64,000 nucleotides of DNA from assembly GCF_009914755.1 (NCBI RefSeq), contig NC_060925.1; one strand, written 5' to 3'. The notes beneath the pieces are model-generated. The model did not search any database. It worked only from the letters and a program-made list of their open reading frames with translations, and was not told the origin of the DNA. Position numbers and translations under genes: made by a program. Position 1 is the first letter of the stretch, and each line of letters starts with the position of its first letter. This document shows, piece after piece, positions 12,077-27,459 of the stretch. This DNA is from the human T2T-CHM13v2.0 reference genome, Homo sapiens.

Positions 12077-13774
12077 TGTGAGTGATCTAAAATAAAACTT
12101 TAAAGAGGCCATGGTTGAATTCCTTCTCTAGGTGGTTAATAGGATATTCTTGGAGTGGAATTTTGTCCAGGGCAGGTGTGGAATATCACACAGTCTTGAT
12201 TTCAGGGATTTCCCAGGGTGATAACAGCCACAGTTTACCACAGACACCTGAGACAGGAAAAACGGCTTCTTGTAATCCCTTTCAAAGTGAATGTTCTTTG
12301 ATTTCTCTCCTTCTATGATCTTTCTTGTCTCTGAATTCAATAGTGTTTGCAGTCTGAACCAAATACCCTCATGCTTGATTTTATCCAGGCAGGTATTTTT
12401 CACCTGTTGTTTCAAGTACATATCACTCATCTCCCAGCCCAGATATAACCTCTGCAGAGGCAGGAACTGCGTCTTCCATTACTTTCACCTCCTGTGTAGC
12501 ACTCTACCATGCTAGAACCCTGTAAGCACAGAAGAGAAATACTTATTGATTCACAGAATGCAATGAATGAAGAATGAGGGGGGAGTACCTTTTTTCCTAA
12601 TCTGCCTATTTAAAAAATAAGCTCTTCTCAGAAACATGTCTATTGGATTTGAGAGGAGTTGAGTAACAAATTATTTACCAAAAAATTAAGAATTCTCCAT
12701 CTGCATATGAGGAGGTGTTTTATTTGTGTCATTAATGGTTGTCTGCATGTTCCTTTCTACGCCTTGTTAGAGAACTGCCACATGCCTCATTATTTATGGC
12801 CAACAATGATGCATTTGTAAGTTTACTTGTTGCTTGAAGCCCAGACAAGACTGTGAAATAAGCAAAATCTGGCTCTGCCATCCCTCCTTAGGACTGTTCA
12901 TATCCTCATCCTATCCCCCATCCCCACTCTCCCATCTTCTTTTAACTAGTAGTCAACCAATTAGCCAGTAAGAGCTAAATTATTACCCCTCTAGGACTAT
13001 GTTTCTTTTAGTAAAGGATTCATGAAGAGCTAACTTTTAAAATCTAAAGAAATGGATCTCTAATTGCAAACTTTCTGATCTTCAATAGACAGTGGGAGAT
13101 TTCACAACCAGGCTCCTTAAATCTCCCCTTCTAGAGCCTATTTTACCTACTCCTGAGGCCAGGGCTAGTAAGATTTAGGAAAAAGATCTCATTTCGATGT
13201 GAGGTGTAAAAACTCAGGTTTTTCATTTCACATAGGTATATTCATGCTTTGGGGAATGGATGTGGGTTAATGAAACTCACAAGTTACTGGTTTAGAAGTC
13301 AGAAAGTAATTTATTAATTTGTTTATGCTTTTCTTGTTCTTAGAATATGTATGTATTCTATTTAAGAAATAGATATCAAATATCTGACAGAGGTGCCAAT
13401 AATTTCTCCTGCCATGCTCAGAGCAGACATTGCTACTTAAGCACAGCATTCTTTTCCTTGTTAACCCAGTGATTCAGACATCCATTGCCATTGGTCTGTG
13501 CTGGCATGCAAGATGAAACATTTTCTGCCATTGCTATTCTTCCTGACATCAAGGTACCTAGGAAGTAATAATTTATTAGAATATTGTTTGGCAAAAATGG
13601 AATCAAAGCAAATGACCAATTACAAAAAAATTAGGAAAAAAAATAACACAAGTGAAAATAAATTAGAACTAAGGAATTATAAAATAAATTAGAACATCAA
13701 GATGGGGGAAGGGGCATGGTTCTGTGTAGTTAATGTCATTAGAACTTAATATAGGTTTACTGGCATCAGAAGCT

Positions 13775-13900
13775 TAAAAAAGAAAGAAAAAGAAGGTAGA
13801 CAGGAAGGAAAAAAGCAAGGAAGGGAGGGAGGAAGGAAGGAAAGAAGAAAAGCAGTGAGAAAGGGAGGATGGAAGGGAGGAAGAAAGAAAGAAGGAAAAG
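13775..13900 (+). repeat. GA-rich low-complexity tract
   Basis: Degenerate (GGAA)n/(GAAA)n. Confidence 0.85.
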
Positions 13901-14559
13901 TTTTTGGATAGACTGTCACAGGAGGGACAGCAAGTGATATGTTAGACAATGTCCTTATTTCTATGACAAATGAAGCAATGAACTTCATAATTCATAAGGC
14001 TATGTAATATCCCTTAGTAAATGCCAAGGGCATAAGCCTCGGGCATAATTCAATAAAGACAGTTCCAGAGTGGGTCCAGATAATGTGTTCTAATTTAATC
14101 TCAGAAAAAGAACCTAGACTACTGAGACGCATAGGTGGGTAATACCAAAGGGAATGTGATCATTTTGTAGAATTTTTGAAGCCTGGGATATTATTGCCAA
14201 CGCACTATATAGTATAACTTTCTAATGACTGTAATACCAAAAACTAGTGTCATTCTTGGGTAAGCCAAGACAAAACATCATTCTTCTCTCCCTTTTAAGT
14301 AGTCCTGAGGGTTCACCAGAAACTTCTGCCATTGCATTCCCTCATAACATTGCTATGTCCCATGTTAAGGCATTTCTGAATCAACTATCTTTTAAAATAA
14401 TTGCTTCTTGCAAACATATGAAACATATTAAATTGACAACATTTGTCCATACAGTGTAAGACGTGGTGCTGTGTCCTCAAACACAGAAATTGTGATTCCA
14501 GTAATTTCACAATCTAGTACAGTTCTTTGTAGACATAGGTGCTCAATAAATATGCATCA

Positions 14560-14921
<362 letters not shown>

Positions 14922-15876
14922 TCAGATTTTGCAAGTTTGTCTAGTAGACAATTTGCATTTGAATAATAATGGATTTGCTTTTACAGATCAGTATAACTAG
15001 TTTTAGCTCCTGGACTCAATATAATTATAGTAAAATGCAAAGAAACATGACATTTTAGCCTGATCTCAGTCATCTCAAGTAAATGAAAAGCTTCTTGAGA
15101 TTATGTTTGGTCCTGTTCATTCTTACAGAGAATGAAACACACTTTCTAGTCATGGAATGTTGCCTTAGTTTGGGAGCTTCTCTCGATGATATGTGTGTGA
15201 TCCTACCTTACACCATAAACCAAAATAAATTCCAGAATGATTTAAGAAGTAATTGTAGAAAATACAACAATAATTTTTAAAACTAAAATAAAATTTAGAT
15301 GAATATTTATCTTTCTCACATTTGAGAAATAGAGCCATTAAAATATTAAGAAAAAAATTAAAGTTTTTGGCACATAAAAGTTAAATTCCTCTTCATGTAA
15401 AAAAAACTAAAGGCAAAGAAAAAGTAAGAATATATTCTTCTTAATAACCTTCACTTATAAAGCACTAATATAATCAAAAAGAAAATTATTTTCTCAATAG
15501 AAAGATTGGCAAAGGGCACTGACAATTTTAAGAAGAAAAAATAACAATAGCCATTTAAAACCTTGTTTAAGCGGTCAGTATTACTAGTAGTGTGGAAATG
15601 GAAATTAGAGTAAGATACTCAGTTTGATCTATCACTTTACTACATATTTCAAAAATAATAATACTTAACACTGGCAAGGGAATAGTTTTTCTGGAAAGCA
15701 TTTTGGCAATATGTTCCAAAAATCTTTAAAGTTCCCAGTCAAACAGGGAAAGACCATATTTATATTATAATTTATAATGGCCAAAAACTGGGGAGAAAAA
15801 TAGATGTATTATTTACCATGTCCAAAAACTGGGAAGAAAAATAGATCTCTAAAGAGAAAGTAAAAGGTTCAAATAA

Positions 15877-16216
<340 letters not shown>

Positions 16217-16324
16217 TGATGAAACTGTGAAATCATGAAAAAATTTGTATGAAATAATCCTAAATAAAAAACTATACATAGCTATATATGCACTACAATT
16301 TCATTTACTTAAAACCTATGTATC

Positions 16325-16470
16325 ACCAGGCGTGGTGGCTCATGCCTGTAATCCTAGCACTTTGGGAGGCTAAGGCAGGAGGATTACTTGAGCCCAGGAG
16401 TTCAAGACCAGCCTGGGCAACCTAGTGAAACACTAGTCTCTGTTAAAAATTTTTAAGTTTTTTTAAAAAG
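16325..16470 (+). mobile_element. FLAM (free left Alu monomer)
   Basis: Single left monomer; TSD acctatgtatc on both sides. Confidence 0.88.
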
Positions 16471-16984
16471 ACCTATGTATCTATATAGACATGGAAAAAA
16501 TTTAGAATATACCAAAATAGTAAAATATTAACTTTGGGTTGTACTAATATAAATAATTTTTTCTTCTTTGTACTTTTTCCTTATTTTCCAAATCTACAAT
16601 TATCATACATGATTCTCCCATGTTTTAAAAAGCAGCATATGAAATTTTAAAATGCAATGCCTGACCTAAATGGCAGATTCTAGAATGTTTCCATGTAAAC
16701 ATTTAGCTTTTTCTGGTTGAGTTGTTTCCCAGAACATCCTCTGGATTCTGTGGTCTGGTGTTATGTTGTACCCTTAAACTGTTCTCAACTTACTCACCCA
16801 GGGGCAGGTGTACTTCAGTGATAGATGATAGAATTCCTTAGGACTATACCTAAATTATTAAAAGTCAGGCCAGACCTGATGGATTGGATATGTGGTTTAC
16901 AGTAAGAAAAAAAAAATAGCCTGTCCCAAAGAAATAGCTAAACGTGTCACCACTGGATTTCAGAAGCAAACTTTTTGCTCTGCA

Positions 16985-17250
16985 GTCTCCCCTGGAAGCC
17001 TTCCTTAAGTCCCTTGGAAGGTGAAGGGTGCCTCTCTTGGGTTCTCGTGCTGTCCTGACTTGACCTCAGCATTTTCTGCATTGTACTGAATTAATCTGTT
17101 CACCCGCCTCCCACTCCTCCTTCCCCCTACCCACAGGCTCCAACAGAACTGTGAATTCCTTACACACAAACCTCTGTTTTACTCACCTCTGTAGCTTCAG
17201 AACACAGCCCTAGGCAGTCTGAATGATATTTCTTGTCTAGTGATTTCACC
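16985..17250 (+). mobile_element. L2 3' fragment
   Basis: ctcccctggaagccttcc...actgtgaattcct...ctcacctctgtagc. Confidence 0.6.
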
Positions 17251-18159
17251 TGAAACTTGACCCTTAAAAATGAATTCAAATGAGAAGTGAAAATATTAGT
17301 CTCTTGAACTAACATCGGTGAATGATGCAGAATCCTGCCTGCTTCCTCAACTTGGCGTGGCGAATCACACATCTATAAAATTGGTGGTTTCAGATTGTTC
17401 TGCCCAAAAGTGGTGGTATGAAACCCAACCCTTGCATCATTATCACATGCTCTATTACAACTCTCCCTGTCCATCAGCAGACTAAGCATTAACTTAAATA
17501 AAGCTTTCTTTTAATAACTTTGCTTGGAAATGATCATGTAAAACCATGAAATCGAACTGAAAGTTTCTTGTTTCACTGAAATTGGACCAACATTGACTTC
17601 ACGCACTAACTGCTGGTGGGGCAGGGGCCTCCTCTCTGCTATCTCCCAGTCTCTTATTTGTTCAGCCAGAGGCCAAGATGAGGTTGAACTCTACATCCTA
17701 CAGGAATCCTGAGAGACTCTTTGAACTGGTAAAATCCTTCCATCCGGGACTTGCCTATATTGGAGCATCAGTGTTGTTTGCTCTGTAGGACCAAGCCTTG
17801 TCCAACTAGAGAATCAGCATCCTACAAGGGCCCTCTGGTCTGTGAAACCTTGCCCACCTTGATGCCCTCCTTTGAGCCCCAACCGACTTTGATAAGCTTC
17901 TTCCCATGTCTGTTTCTTTCACTATCCTGTAAGTTCCTTGAAGGTCAGAACAATATTTCATATATTTTTGTGGCATGAGTGCCTAGCACATGCCTGAAAT
18001 ACAGTCAATAATAAATTGAATTGAACCACTGGGGAAAAGGATGTTTTTAGATGCTTACTATATTTTTAGACTCACTCTGGGAGTTACAACCACTTCTATA
18101 CAGAAATATAAGCTTCTTCTAGGACATAGTGTGATTAGTAGAAAGCTTTTTCATAGTAG

Positions 18160-18828
18160 TGTAGGGCAGGTGAGCCCCAAATTGGAGCTTAGCCCCAAAG
18201 GGTTCTTGGCTTTGCTCAGAAAAGAACTGCTTTCTAACTTTTAAGTTCAGGGGTACAAGTGCAGGTTTGTTACATGGATAAACTTGTGTCATGGGGTTTG
18301 TTGTACAGATTATTTTGTCACCCAGGTATTAAGCCTACTACTCATTAGTTATTTTTCCTGATCCTCTCCCTCCTTCCACCTTCCACTCTCAGAAAGGCCT
18401 CAGTGGTGTTGTTCCCCTCTTTTCAGAGTGAGCCAGTGGTAGAACAAATCAGCTTTATGGAGGTGACAGTATTACAGCTCCGAGACTCCTCCTGCAGAGC
18501 AGGCTATCCTATAGGCAGTGTGTGGAGAGGAGCAGCTCAGAGGCTGTTTTGTAGTTATATTTATACCCACTTTTAATTACATGCAAATTAAGGGGCAGAT
18601 TATGCAGAAAGTTTTAGGAAAAGGGTGGTAACTTTCAGGTGGTGAGGTTGTTGCCATGGAAAGGGGAGGTAACTCTGATGTGTTGCATGGCAATGGTAAA
18701 CTGACATGGCACACTGGAGGGCATGTCCTATGGAAAGCTGTTTCTACCCTTTCCCTGTTTTAGCTAGTCCTCAATTTGGTCTGGTGTCTGAGCCCAACCT
18801 CCAGAGTCGTGTCTCATCTCCTACCTCA
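18160..18828 (-). mobile_element. ERV1 solo LTR (MER66-like), interrupted by an L1 fragment
   Basis: Minus strand begins tgaggtaggag...accagaccaaattgaggactagctaaaacaggg; TG...CA ends; near 4-bp TSD gtag/atag. Confidence 0.8.
18228..18424 (-). mobile_element. L1PA (older primate subfamily) 3' end fragment
   Basis: ttttaagttcaggggtacaagtgcaggtttgttacat...cacccaggtattaagcct. Confidence 0.9.
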
Positions 18829-18834
18829 ATAGTT

Positions 18835-18985
18835 CTATGACTTTAGTAACTTTATATACTAGCAAGTTAATATCTCTTGAGCCTCCATTTTCTGATCCAT
18901 AAAAGAGGGAGTGATACTAACTGTATTGTTGTCAAGATTAAATGAAATTATGCCACTCCCCTGGCACATAGTAGGGGGTTAAAAA
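18835..18985 (+). mobile_element. MIR fragment
   Basis: gcaagttaatatctcttgagcctccattttctgatccataaaa...cctggcacatagtagg. Confidence 0.75.
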
Positions 18986-19102
18986 TCTCACAGCTGGGTT
19001 TGGAGTTTCCCCCATGCCTACCAAAACAAATTTTCCCACCAAAGCTTTTCCCTTCTCCTTAAGAATCTTACTTTTCTTCCATGAGAACTCATGATCCTTT
19101 AG

Positions 19103-19354
19103 AGCAGGGCTCAAGCAAACATTTTTTGAAAAAGCCCAGATAGTCAATACTTTAGGCTTTGTGGGCTGCAGGGTATCTGTTGTATATTCTTCTTTGTTTT
19201 TGCTATTGTTGTTGTTTTGGTTTTGTTTCTTTACACCTTTACCTTTTTTTGCCTTCTTTACGTTTTAAAATGTAAAATCATTCTGAGCTCATGGGCTATA
19301 CAAAAGCCTCTAGCCAGACTGGACCCACAACCTGCAGTTTGCTGAACCCCGCTG
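19103..19354 (+). mobile_element. MER58 (hAT-Charlie)
   Basis: cagggctcaagcaaac...ccagatagtcaatactttaggctttgtggg...cagtttgctgaacccc. Confidence 0.8.
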
Positions 19355-19359
19355 TAGAT

Positions 19360-19685
19360 CAGTGGTTCTCAAAGTGTAGTCCCCTAACCAGCAGCATCAA
19401 CGTCTTTTGGGAATTTGTTCAAAGATGCAAATTCTCGGGCCCCATCCCAAACCTACTGAATCAGAAATTCTCAAGTTGGGCCCAGTAATCCGTATAGTAA
19501 TAAGCCTTCTGGGTGATTCTGATGCAGGCATTCAACAGCGGTTGCATATTAAAATCACCTTTAAAACATTTCAATACCCAGGCTTTACCCTATATCAAAT
19601 CAGAAACTCTGGGGGCGGGACTAGGCATCCTTTGTTTAAAGTCCTGCAGGTGATTCAATGGGCAGCCATAGCTGAAAACCACTGG
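19360..19685 (+). mobile_element. MER5A followed by a MER5B-like element
   Basis: cagtggttctcaaagtgt...cctactgaatcagaaattctc; second unit ends gaaaaccactg. Confidence 0.8.
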
Positions 19686-21569
19686 TATAAATCTGAGAGA
19701 TAGTTTTTGTATCTGCAAAGAAAGATTTAGTGCTAATAATATTGCCAAGGTATGCAATACTTGAGAATCTTCTTGTTTTGATAATTTCTTGAAGGAATTC
19801 CACGACAATCAATTAATCAAAGGATGACTATACAGTACTACATATAAAGCACCAAGTTAGGTATCCTGGAAATATTTTCTTGAAGCGTATTTATATGGTC
19901 CCATCTACTTCTGAGTAGTTTGCATATGGGAAATCAAACTTCTCCGTTTCGAAGAAGCTTATAATTTCCGTTTTACAAGGAAGGACCAACTCAAGAAGCA
20001 CCATCCAAATTTGTTCACTGAGGTTAAACCTGAAAGACATCTTCACTGGTTACCATTTTCTTACTCCCCTCACCATTGCCCAACAGGCTGGTTCCTTATT
20101 TCATTATTCCAAATGGAGTAAGTTGTAGGGTGATTCATTCTTGTTGCAAAAGCACATTTTTCCTATAAATATTCTGTGGAAAAGCCTTTGTATGGTTTTA
20201 TACTGGTAGGATAATTCTAGAGTGCCACATTTGACAAATGACATCAGCTTGCCTGCCTAGCCATAAACCATTTTATAACTCTTATGCATAATTTGGCTTC
20301 AGGTCAAGGTGGTGTAATATGAACAAGCAGAATATACAGCACAGAGTGTCCTCAGAAGCTATCTTAAAGATCAGCAAAACTCATTCCTGTAAGAGAAGCT
20401 CATCTGTGAAGCAAGGTCAAGCCCAGTGGTCATCAGAGAAGGATCCCGTAGCTGGAGTTGCTCTTTGCATGGAAGTGCTTCTGCCTTGTACCTCTGCTGT
20501 GGCAGACCCTCTAGTTGCCCACCTTACATCCATTCCCTCTACCATCAACTACTGCCCCGTTTTCTTGTTATAGGTATTCCCATTTGTTCAGGAATCAAAC
20601 AGCCAAATTCTTCAGGGGAGGCTGGCCTTCTCCCCAGCCCCAGGGGTTGAATCTCAGTGGTTGGACAAATCATGATAATTCCATTTCCTTTCCAGTCATT
20701 GGTTTAGGAATAAGCATGCGACCCACAATTCTGGCCAATGATACTTCTTGTTTTGACAGGAAGTCTGCAGGGGGACTTCTGCAAGGGGAAGTCTGCAGGC
20801 CTCAAAGATGGGCAGCAGTTGGGACAGCTCTCACAGGAAGGTCTTCAGGATCACAGCAGGGACATGTATGTCTCCATAGCTGTCAAAGTTCATGGGCTTC
20901 CCTGCACACAGAACACAGTACAGCTGAGGTCTGGGCTCTGGCCTGGAGTTTGCTGCTGCAAAACGAGCTCTGAAGCAAAATGGCTTGAAAACTCCTGGTG
21001 AAAATAGCCTTATTCTAGAGCTACATGTCCCATGGATGACTTTGTCCTCACCTGGATATGGGGGTGCTCTTACCTCACCAGCCCCCGTGGCTGCACACCT
21101 CGCCGTTACTGCTTCCTCCTGGGTCCCCGGCAGAGGCTGGGGTGGGCTATTTAGCTTCTCTGCAGTGTTGCTTCCAGCTCGGATGGAAGCTCTCTGAGCC
21201 CAGGGCCTTAGCACAGGTGACACACAGCCCACAGGCCTGGGACAGGCAGGCAGATGAGTGCCCGAGCTTGGCACCATGCAGCCCTGAGGCTTCGTGAGTA
21301 AGGCACGATTGATCGTGTGAGCAGGAGGGATCGAGGGCAAGTCTTCTCAGCAAGGTGGTGGCTTCATTAGTGTTTGCATAGAGGACTCTGCGGGAGGAGC
21401 TTCTGGAAAGTTCTGTTTGCTGTTCAAAAGAAATATAAAGATGTTTCTTCTTAGGCCATTGGATACTTTTGTGTGGATATGATGCTCAGGGCTGCTGTAG
21501 CCACCTTGAAACCATGAGTGAATATGCCTGGAGCCAAAAGCTAACACAATGAGGATGGTGTAATAGAAA

Positions 21570-22430
<861 letters not shown>

Positions 22431-22591
22431 GATGGGAAGAATCTGGATCCCCAGTGAACTCTGAGCTGAATTTAAAACCCCAAAATCACCTGACTTCAAG
22501 ACTTTATTGTTATGTGAGGTAATAAATGCCCTTATTGTCTAAGCCACTTCTGGTGGATTTTCTGTTCTTACAGTCAAAAGCATCCTAACTA

Positions 22592-22864
22592 GCCAGGCAA
22601 GGTGGCTCACACCTGTAGTCCCAGCATTTGGGGAGGCTGAGGTGGGTGGATCACTTGAGCTCAGGAGTTCAAGACCAGCCTGGGCAACATGGTGAAACCC
22701 CCTCTCTGCAAAAAATATAAAAATTAGCAAGGTATGGTGGTTTGCGCCCATAGTCTTATCCACTTGGGAGGCTGAGGTGGGAGGATTACTTGAGTCTGGG
22801 AGGTGAAGGGTACATTGAGCTGTGATCGCACCCCTGCACTCCCACCTGGGCAACAGAGTGAAAC
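22592..22864 (+). mobile_element. AluJ, lacking its 3' end and tail
   Basis: Dimer; TSD aaaagcatc(c/t)taacta. Confidence 0.92.
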
Positions 22865-23622
22865 AAAAGCATCTTAACTAATACGTCTGTTAGCCCCATA
22901 ACCAACTCTAGAAGAACCTTATATCTCATATTATAGTATCTGATTACTCCAAGAAAATACACATTAGTACTGGGATTTTTCTGTTGGGAGAAAGATTTTT
23001 TTTTTTTTGCTCATTCCTTTCCTAGTTTTCTCCCATACTGACATAGCAGCTTGTCTCCACCACAAGGCTTAGTCTCACTGAGTACTTTGTAGCTACCACT
23101 CATTCATGAAGACCCGACTGAGCTTTTAGTTCTGACATTATTGCATCAGCCTAAAACAGAATGGTAGTCCTAGCCACATCAGACACCGAAACAATGAAGA
23201 GAAGTCTTTATCATTCAGGTGCTGGCATTTTAATTATCTGTTTGTTGTTGTTGACATTGACATTGTCATCTCCATCGCCAGCAGTCTGAGCTCCCCAAAA
23301 GCTTCTCTATAATATGCCCAGTGCTTCACATATAATAGGCATTTAACAAATGTTTGTTATATGAATGCATGAGTGAACTCTAGTTACAATTAGAATGTCA
23401 AGGAGGATTTGGAGAACTTGAAGATCTGTGTGGTTCCATTTTTGAGATAGAAACTGAAATACTAACTAGCCTTTTTCTGCCACATCTAGTTAAAACCAAA
23501 GAGTAAAAAGTATCATACCACCCTTTTTAAGAATGAAGTGTCCTCCTTCCTTGCTCTTCCTCTGATTCTCATGCTTGCTCTCTCTGGAAGTTTTGGAATC
23601 TAAATGATCTGATCCTGTGAAT

Positions 23623-23939
23623 TTTTTTATTTTTTATTTTATTTTATTTTATTTTTTGAGACTGAGTCTTGCTCTGTCGCCCGGGCTGGAGTGCAGTGGT
23701 GCAATCTAGGCTCATTGCAAGCTCCGCCTCCCGGATTCACGCCATTCTCCTGCCTCAGCCTCCCAAGTAGCTGGGACTATAGGTGCCCGCCACCGATCCC
23801 AGCTAATTTGTTTGTATTTTTAGTAGAGACGGGGTTTCACTATGTTAGCCAGGATGGTCTCAATCTCCTGACCTTGTGATCCACCCGCCTGGGCCTCCCA
23901 AAGTGCTGGGATTACAGGTGTGAGCCACCGCGCCTGGCC
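23623..23939 (-). mobile_element. AluY
   Basis: Diagnostic gcaagctccgcc, cacgccattctcc, aggatggtctc; TSD cctgtgaat. Confidence 0.93.
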
Positions 23940-24669
23940 CCTGTGAATATTTTTTAAACAGATAGTTTCATGCCTGCAAGAAGATTTTTCTTTGAAGCCC
24001 AGGGAATTCCATCACTGTTGGTTACAAGACTCTGGTGCACTGGTGTGTGCATTTTGAGAGGGTCGTGTAGTTATGTTAGCTCTATAGTAGCTAGTTTATT
24101 GGAACTTCAAAGGCATAAGACTGTATATAGCATTGCTTGAAGAAGTACCGTCTTCGGAAATATTTTATCCAGCAGACTGACTTTGGTAGCTAGGGTAAAG
24201 AAAAGAATTGGCTTTGTTCGCTTTCCTGTGTGCCTTCCCCCCACTATCTCCCTGCCCAGAGAAGGGCAGATTTGTGACAGTCAGGGTGAGCGTGGCCACA
24301 GAAGGAAATGTCCTCCTGCTTTCTTGTGGAAACTTCATTATCTGTCTCAGAGAAGGGAGGATGATTCACGCTAAGATTAAATGTTGCAAGAATCAGATCC
24401 TACACATTGAGAGAGATTGAATGACCTCAACGGAGAAAAAGAAGCGTCACGCTGAGACCGGGCTTCTCTGAAGCTAATTCTGCTTCGGAAATTAATTCTC
24501 AGTGGACAGCACTTCTGCAATCGTCCCATGAAGGAGGAGAGCATGTGATAGCAAGGGAAACGTGTATTTAATGTGCTCCCTGCGGTCCCTGGTGTCCCTG
24601 GTCATCCATGCGAGAATATAAAAGTTATTGGCTGAATCCCAATGATTTATATTAATCCCTCCACAGCAG

Positions 24670-24860
24670 AGTGGCTTGACTCTCTACCTAACACTTACTT
24701 AATGTTTCCTTATGAAACAGTGACTTACTTATATGTCTGTTTCTTCCATTAAATTTTAAGTACCTTGAAGCCTGGTCCATGTTTCAAGTCATCTTTGAAC
24801 CCCAGTGCCTGAAATACTTACAGTAGCAGACACTCAGTAAATATTTTGAAATGGAACTAA
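24670..24860 (+). mobile_element. L2 3' end
   Basis: atctttgaaccccagtgcctgaaa...gacactcagtaaatattttgaaatgga. Confidence 0.65.
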
Positions 24861-24974
24861 ATCATTCTGTAACAGTGAAAGGGCCCAGACTCTATCAGTT
24901 GGCAGATATTTACTAAGCTGAGAAGAAATAAGACAGAGACTGTCAATAAAAGTGTTCTGCTCATATAATGAGAA

Positions 24975-25150
24975 GAGTCTGGGGTTTGGAATCAGATAGA
25001 CCATGTTTTGAATTCCAGCTTTGTCACTCACTGATTGTTCTAGTTTGAGTTACTTACTTAGCCTCACTGAGCCTCAGTTTCATCCTCTGTGAAATGGGGG
25101 TAACAACAAATTTCTCAATGGATTGTTGGAAAAGTGAAATGAGGTGATGA
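24975..25150 (+). mobile_element. MIR
   Basis: ttggaatcagatagacc...ttacttagcctcactgagcctcagtttcatcctctgtgaaatgggg. Confidence 0.85.
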
Positions 25151-25622
25151 TACAGGTGGAATAGTGGCCCCCTGCAAAATTTATATGTTGGAATCCTAGC
25201 TCCCAGTACCTCAGAATGTGACCTTATTTGGAAATATGGCCATTGCCAATGTAGCTCATTAAGATAAGGCCAAACTGGAAAAGCGTGTTCACCCTACTCT
25301 AGTACAACTGGTGACCTTATAAGAAGGGAAAATTTGGAGTCAGAAAAGCATGCAAGAAGAACACCATGTGAAGATTAAGGCAGACGTCAGAGTGATGTTT
25401 CTACAAGCCAAGGAACACCAGAGATGATCAGCCAACCACCAGAAGCTAAGGGAGAGGCATGGTACACATTCTTCTTTCCAGCCCTCAGAAGGACCCATAC
25501 CAACCAGACCAACAACTTGATCTTGGCCTTCTAGCCTCCAGAACTCTAAGACCACAAATTTCTGTAGTTTAAGCCACTGTGTTCCTGGTGCTTTGTTATA
25601 GCCATCATAGCAAACAAATGCA
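25151..25622 (+). mobile_element. MLT1B/C MaLR LTR
   Basis: cccagtacctcagaatgtgaccttatttggaaata...caagccaaggaacacc...tttgttatagc...caaatgca. Confidence 0.88.
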
Positions 25623-26072
25623 GGGAGCATAAGTAGTACACTGAGGGGCAGAGCCTGGAATAACAAGTATTCAAAATTTGTACTTATTATTCCCTCTTTC
25701 TGTATTAGACTTTCCTGGGAGTTTGTGTTTAAGAATGACTTTGGCTGAAGGTTAACATTTGGTGATGGTAGGAACAACTGAAAACAGGAGTGAGTAATGA
25801 TATAACGATTTATTTTGGGAAGGTAGAGATTGGGTAATACAAGGCAATATAAATGTGAAGAAATAGCATTAGGTAGCGGTATGCTCCATGGTTTGAGTGA
25901 AATATTTCTATCTAAAGACATACATTTTCTGGAAGTTATTAAAAGTTTACTTCTGTTTTTTTTTTCTAGTATTTTTCTTCTTCTGAAAGCTATTAGTAGA
26001 AGTAATGACAACTGATTATGGTGCTCATGATATATCCTTAAAGCTAAAAGATAACCAGCCCACAAAAATGAA

Positions 26073-26558
26073 ATCAAACAATGTTCGTAGCAGCACTATT
26101 CACATTAGCCAAAGAGTGGAAGCAACCCAAATGTATACCAACAGATTACTACATTAACAAAATTTGGTGTGTATATAATGGAATATTATTCAGCCTTAAA
26201 AAGAATGAAATTGTTACACATGCTACAAATGAACAAACCTCAAAAACATTCAATAAGTGATCTAAGCCAGACACCAAAAGACAAATATTATATTATTCCA
26301 GCTAGAAGTTCCTAGAGTAGGCAAATTTATAGAGACAGAAAGTAAAATAGTGGTTACCAGAGGCTGAGGAGAGAGAAGAGTGGGGATGTCATGTTTAATA
26401 ATGAGTTTCTGTTTGGAATGATGAAAAAGTTATGAAAATGGATAGTGGTGATGGTTGCACAACATTGTGAATGTACTTAATGCCAATGAACTGCATACTT
26501 AAAAATAGTTAAAATGGTGAATTGTATGTTATGTATATTTTACCACAATAAAAAAATA
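26073..26558 (+). mobile_element. L1MB 3' end
   Basis: atgttcgtagcagcactattcac...ggatagtggtgatggttgcacaacattgtgaatgtac...caataaaaaaa. Confidence 0.9.
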
Positions 26559-26611
26559 TATTATTGACTATCAGCAGGATAAAATCCAGGCTGCTAAGAC
26601 TGGCCAATAAG

Positions 26612-27450
<839 letters not shown>

Positions 27451-27459
27451 AAATAATTT

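Larger units (their letters stand above)
11377..12748 (+). repeat. Local direct repeat, two 84-bp copies (11377-11460 and 12665-12748)
   Basis: Ungapped alignment by eye gives 9 mismatches in 84 nt. Confidence 0.9.

Noticed and set aside
25340-26077. 245-aa ORF on the minus strand
   Set aside because: Non-ATG start, C-terminal part is antisense MLT1 LTR, no recognisable domain
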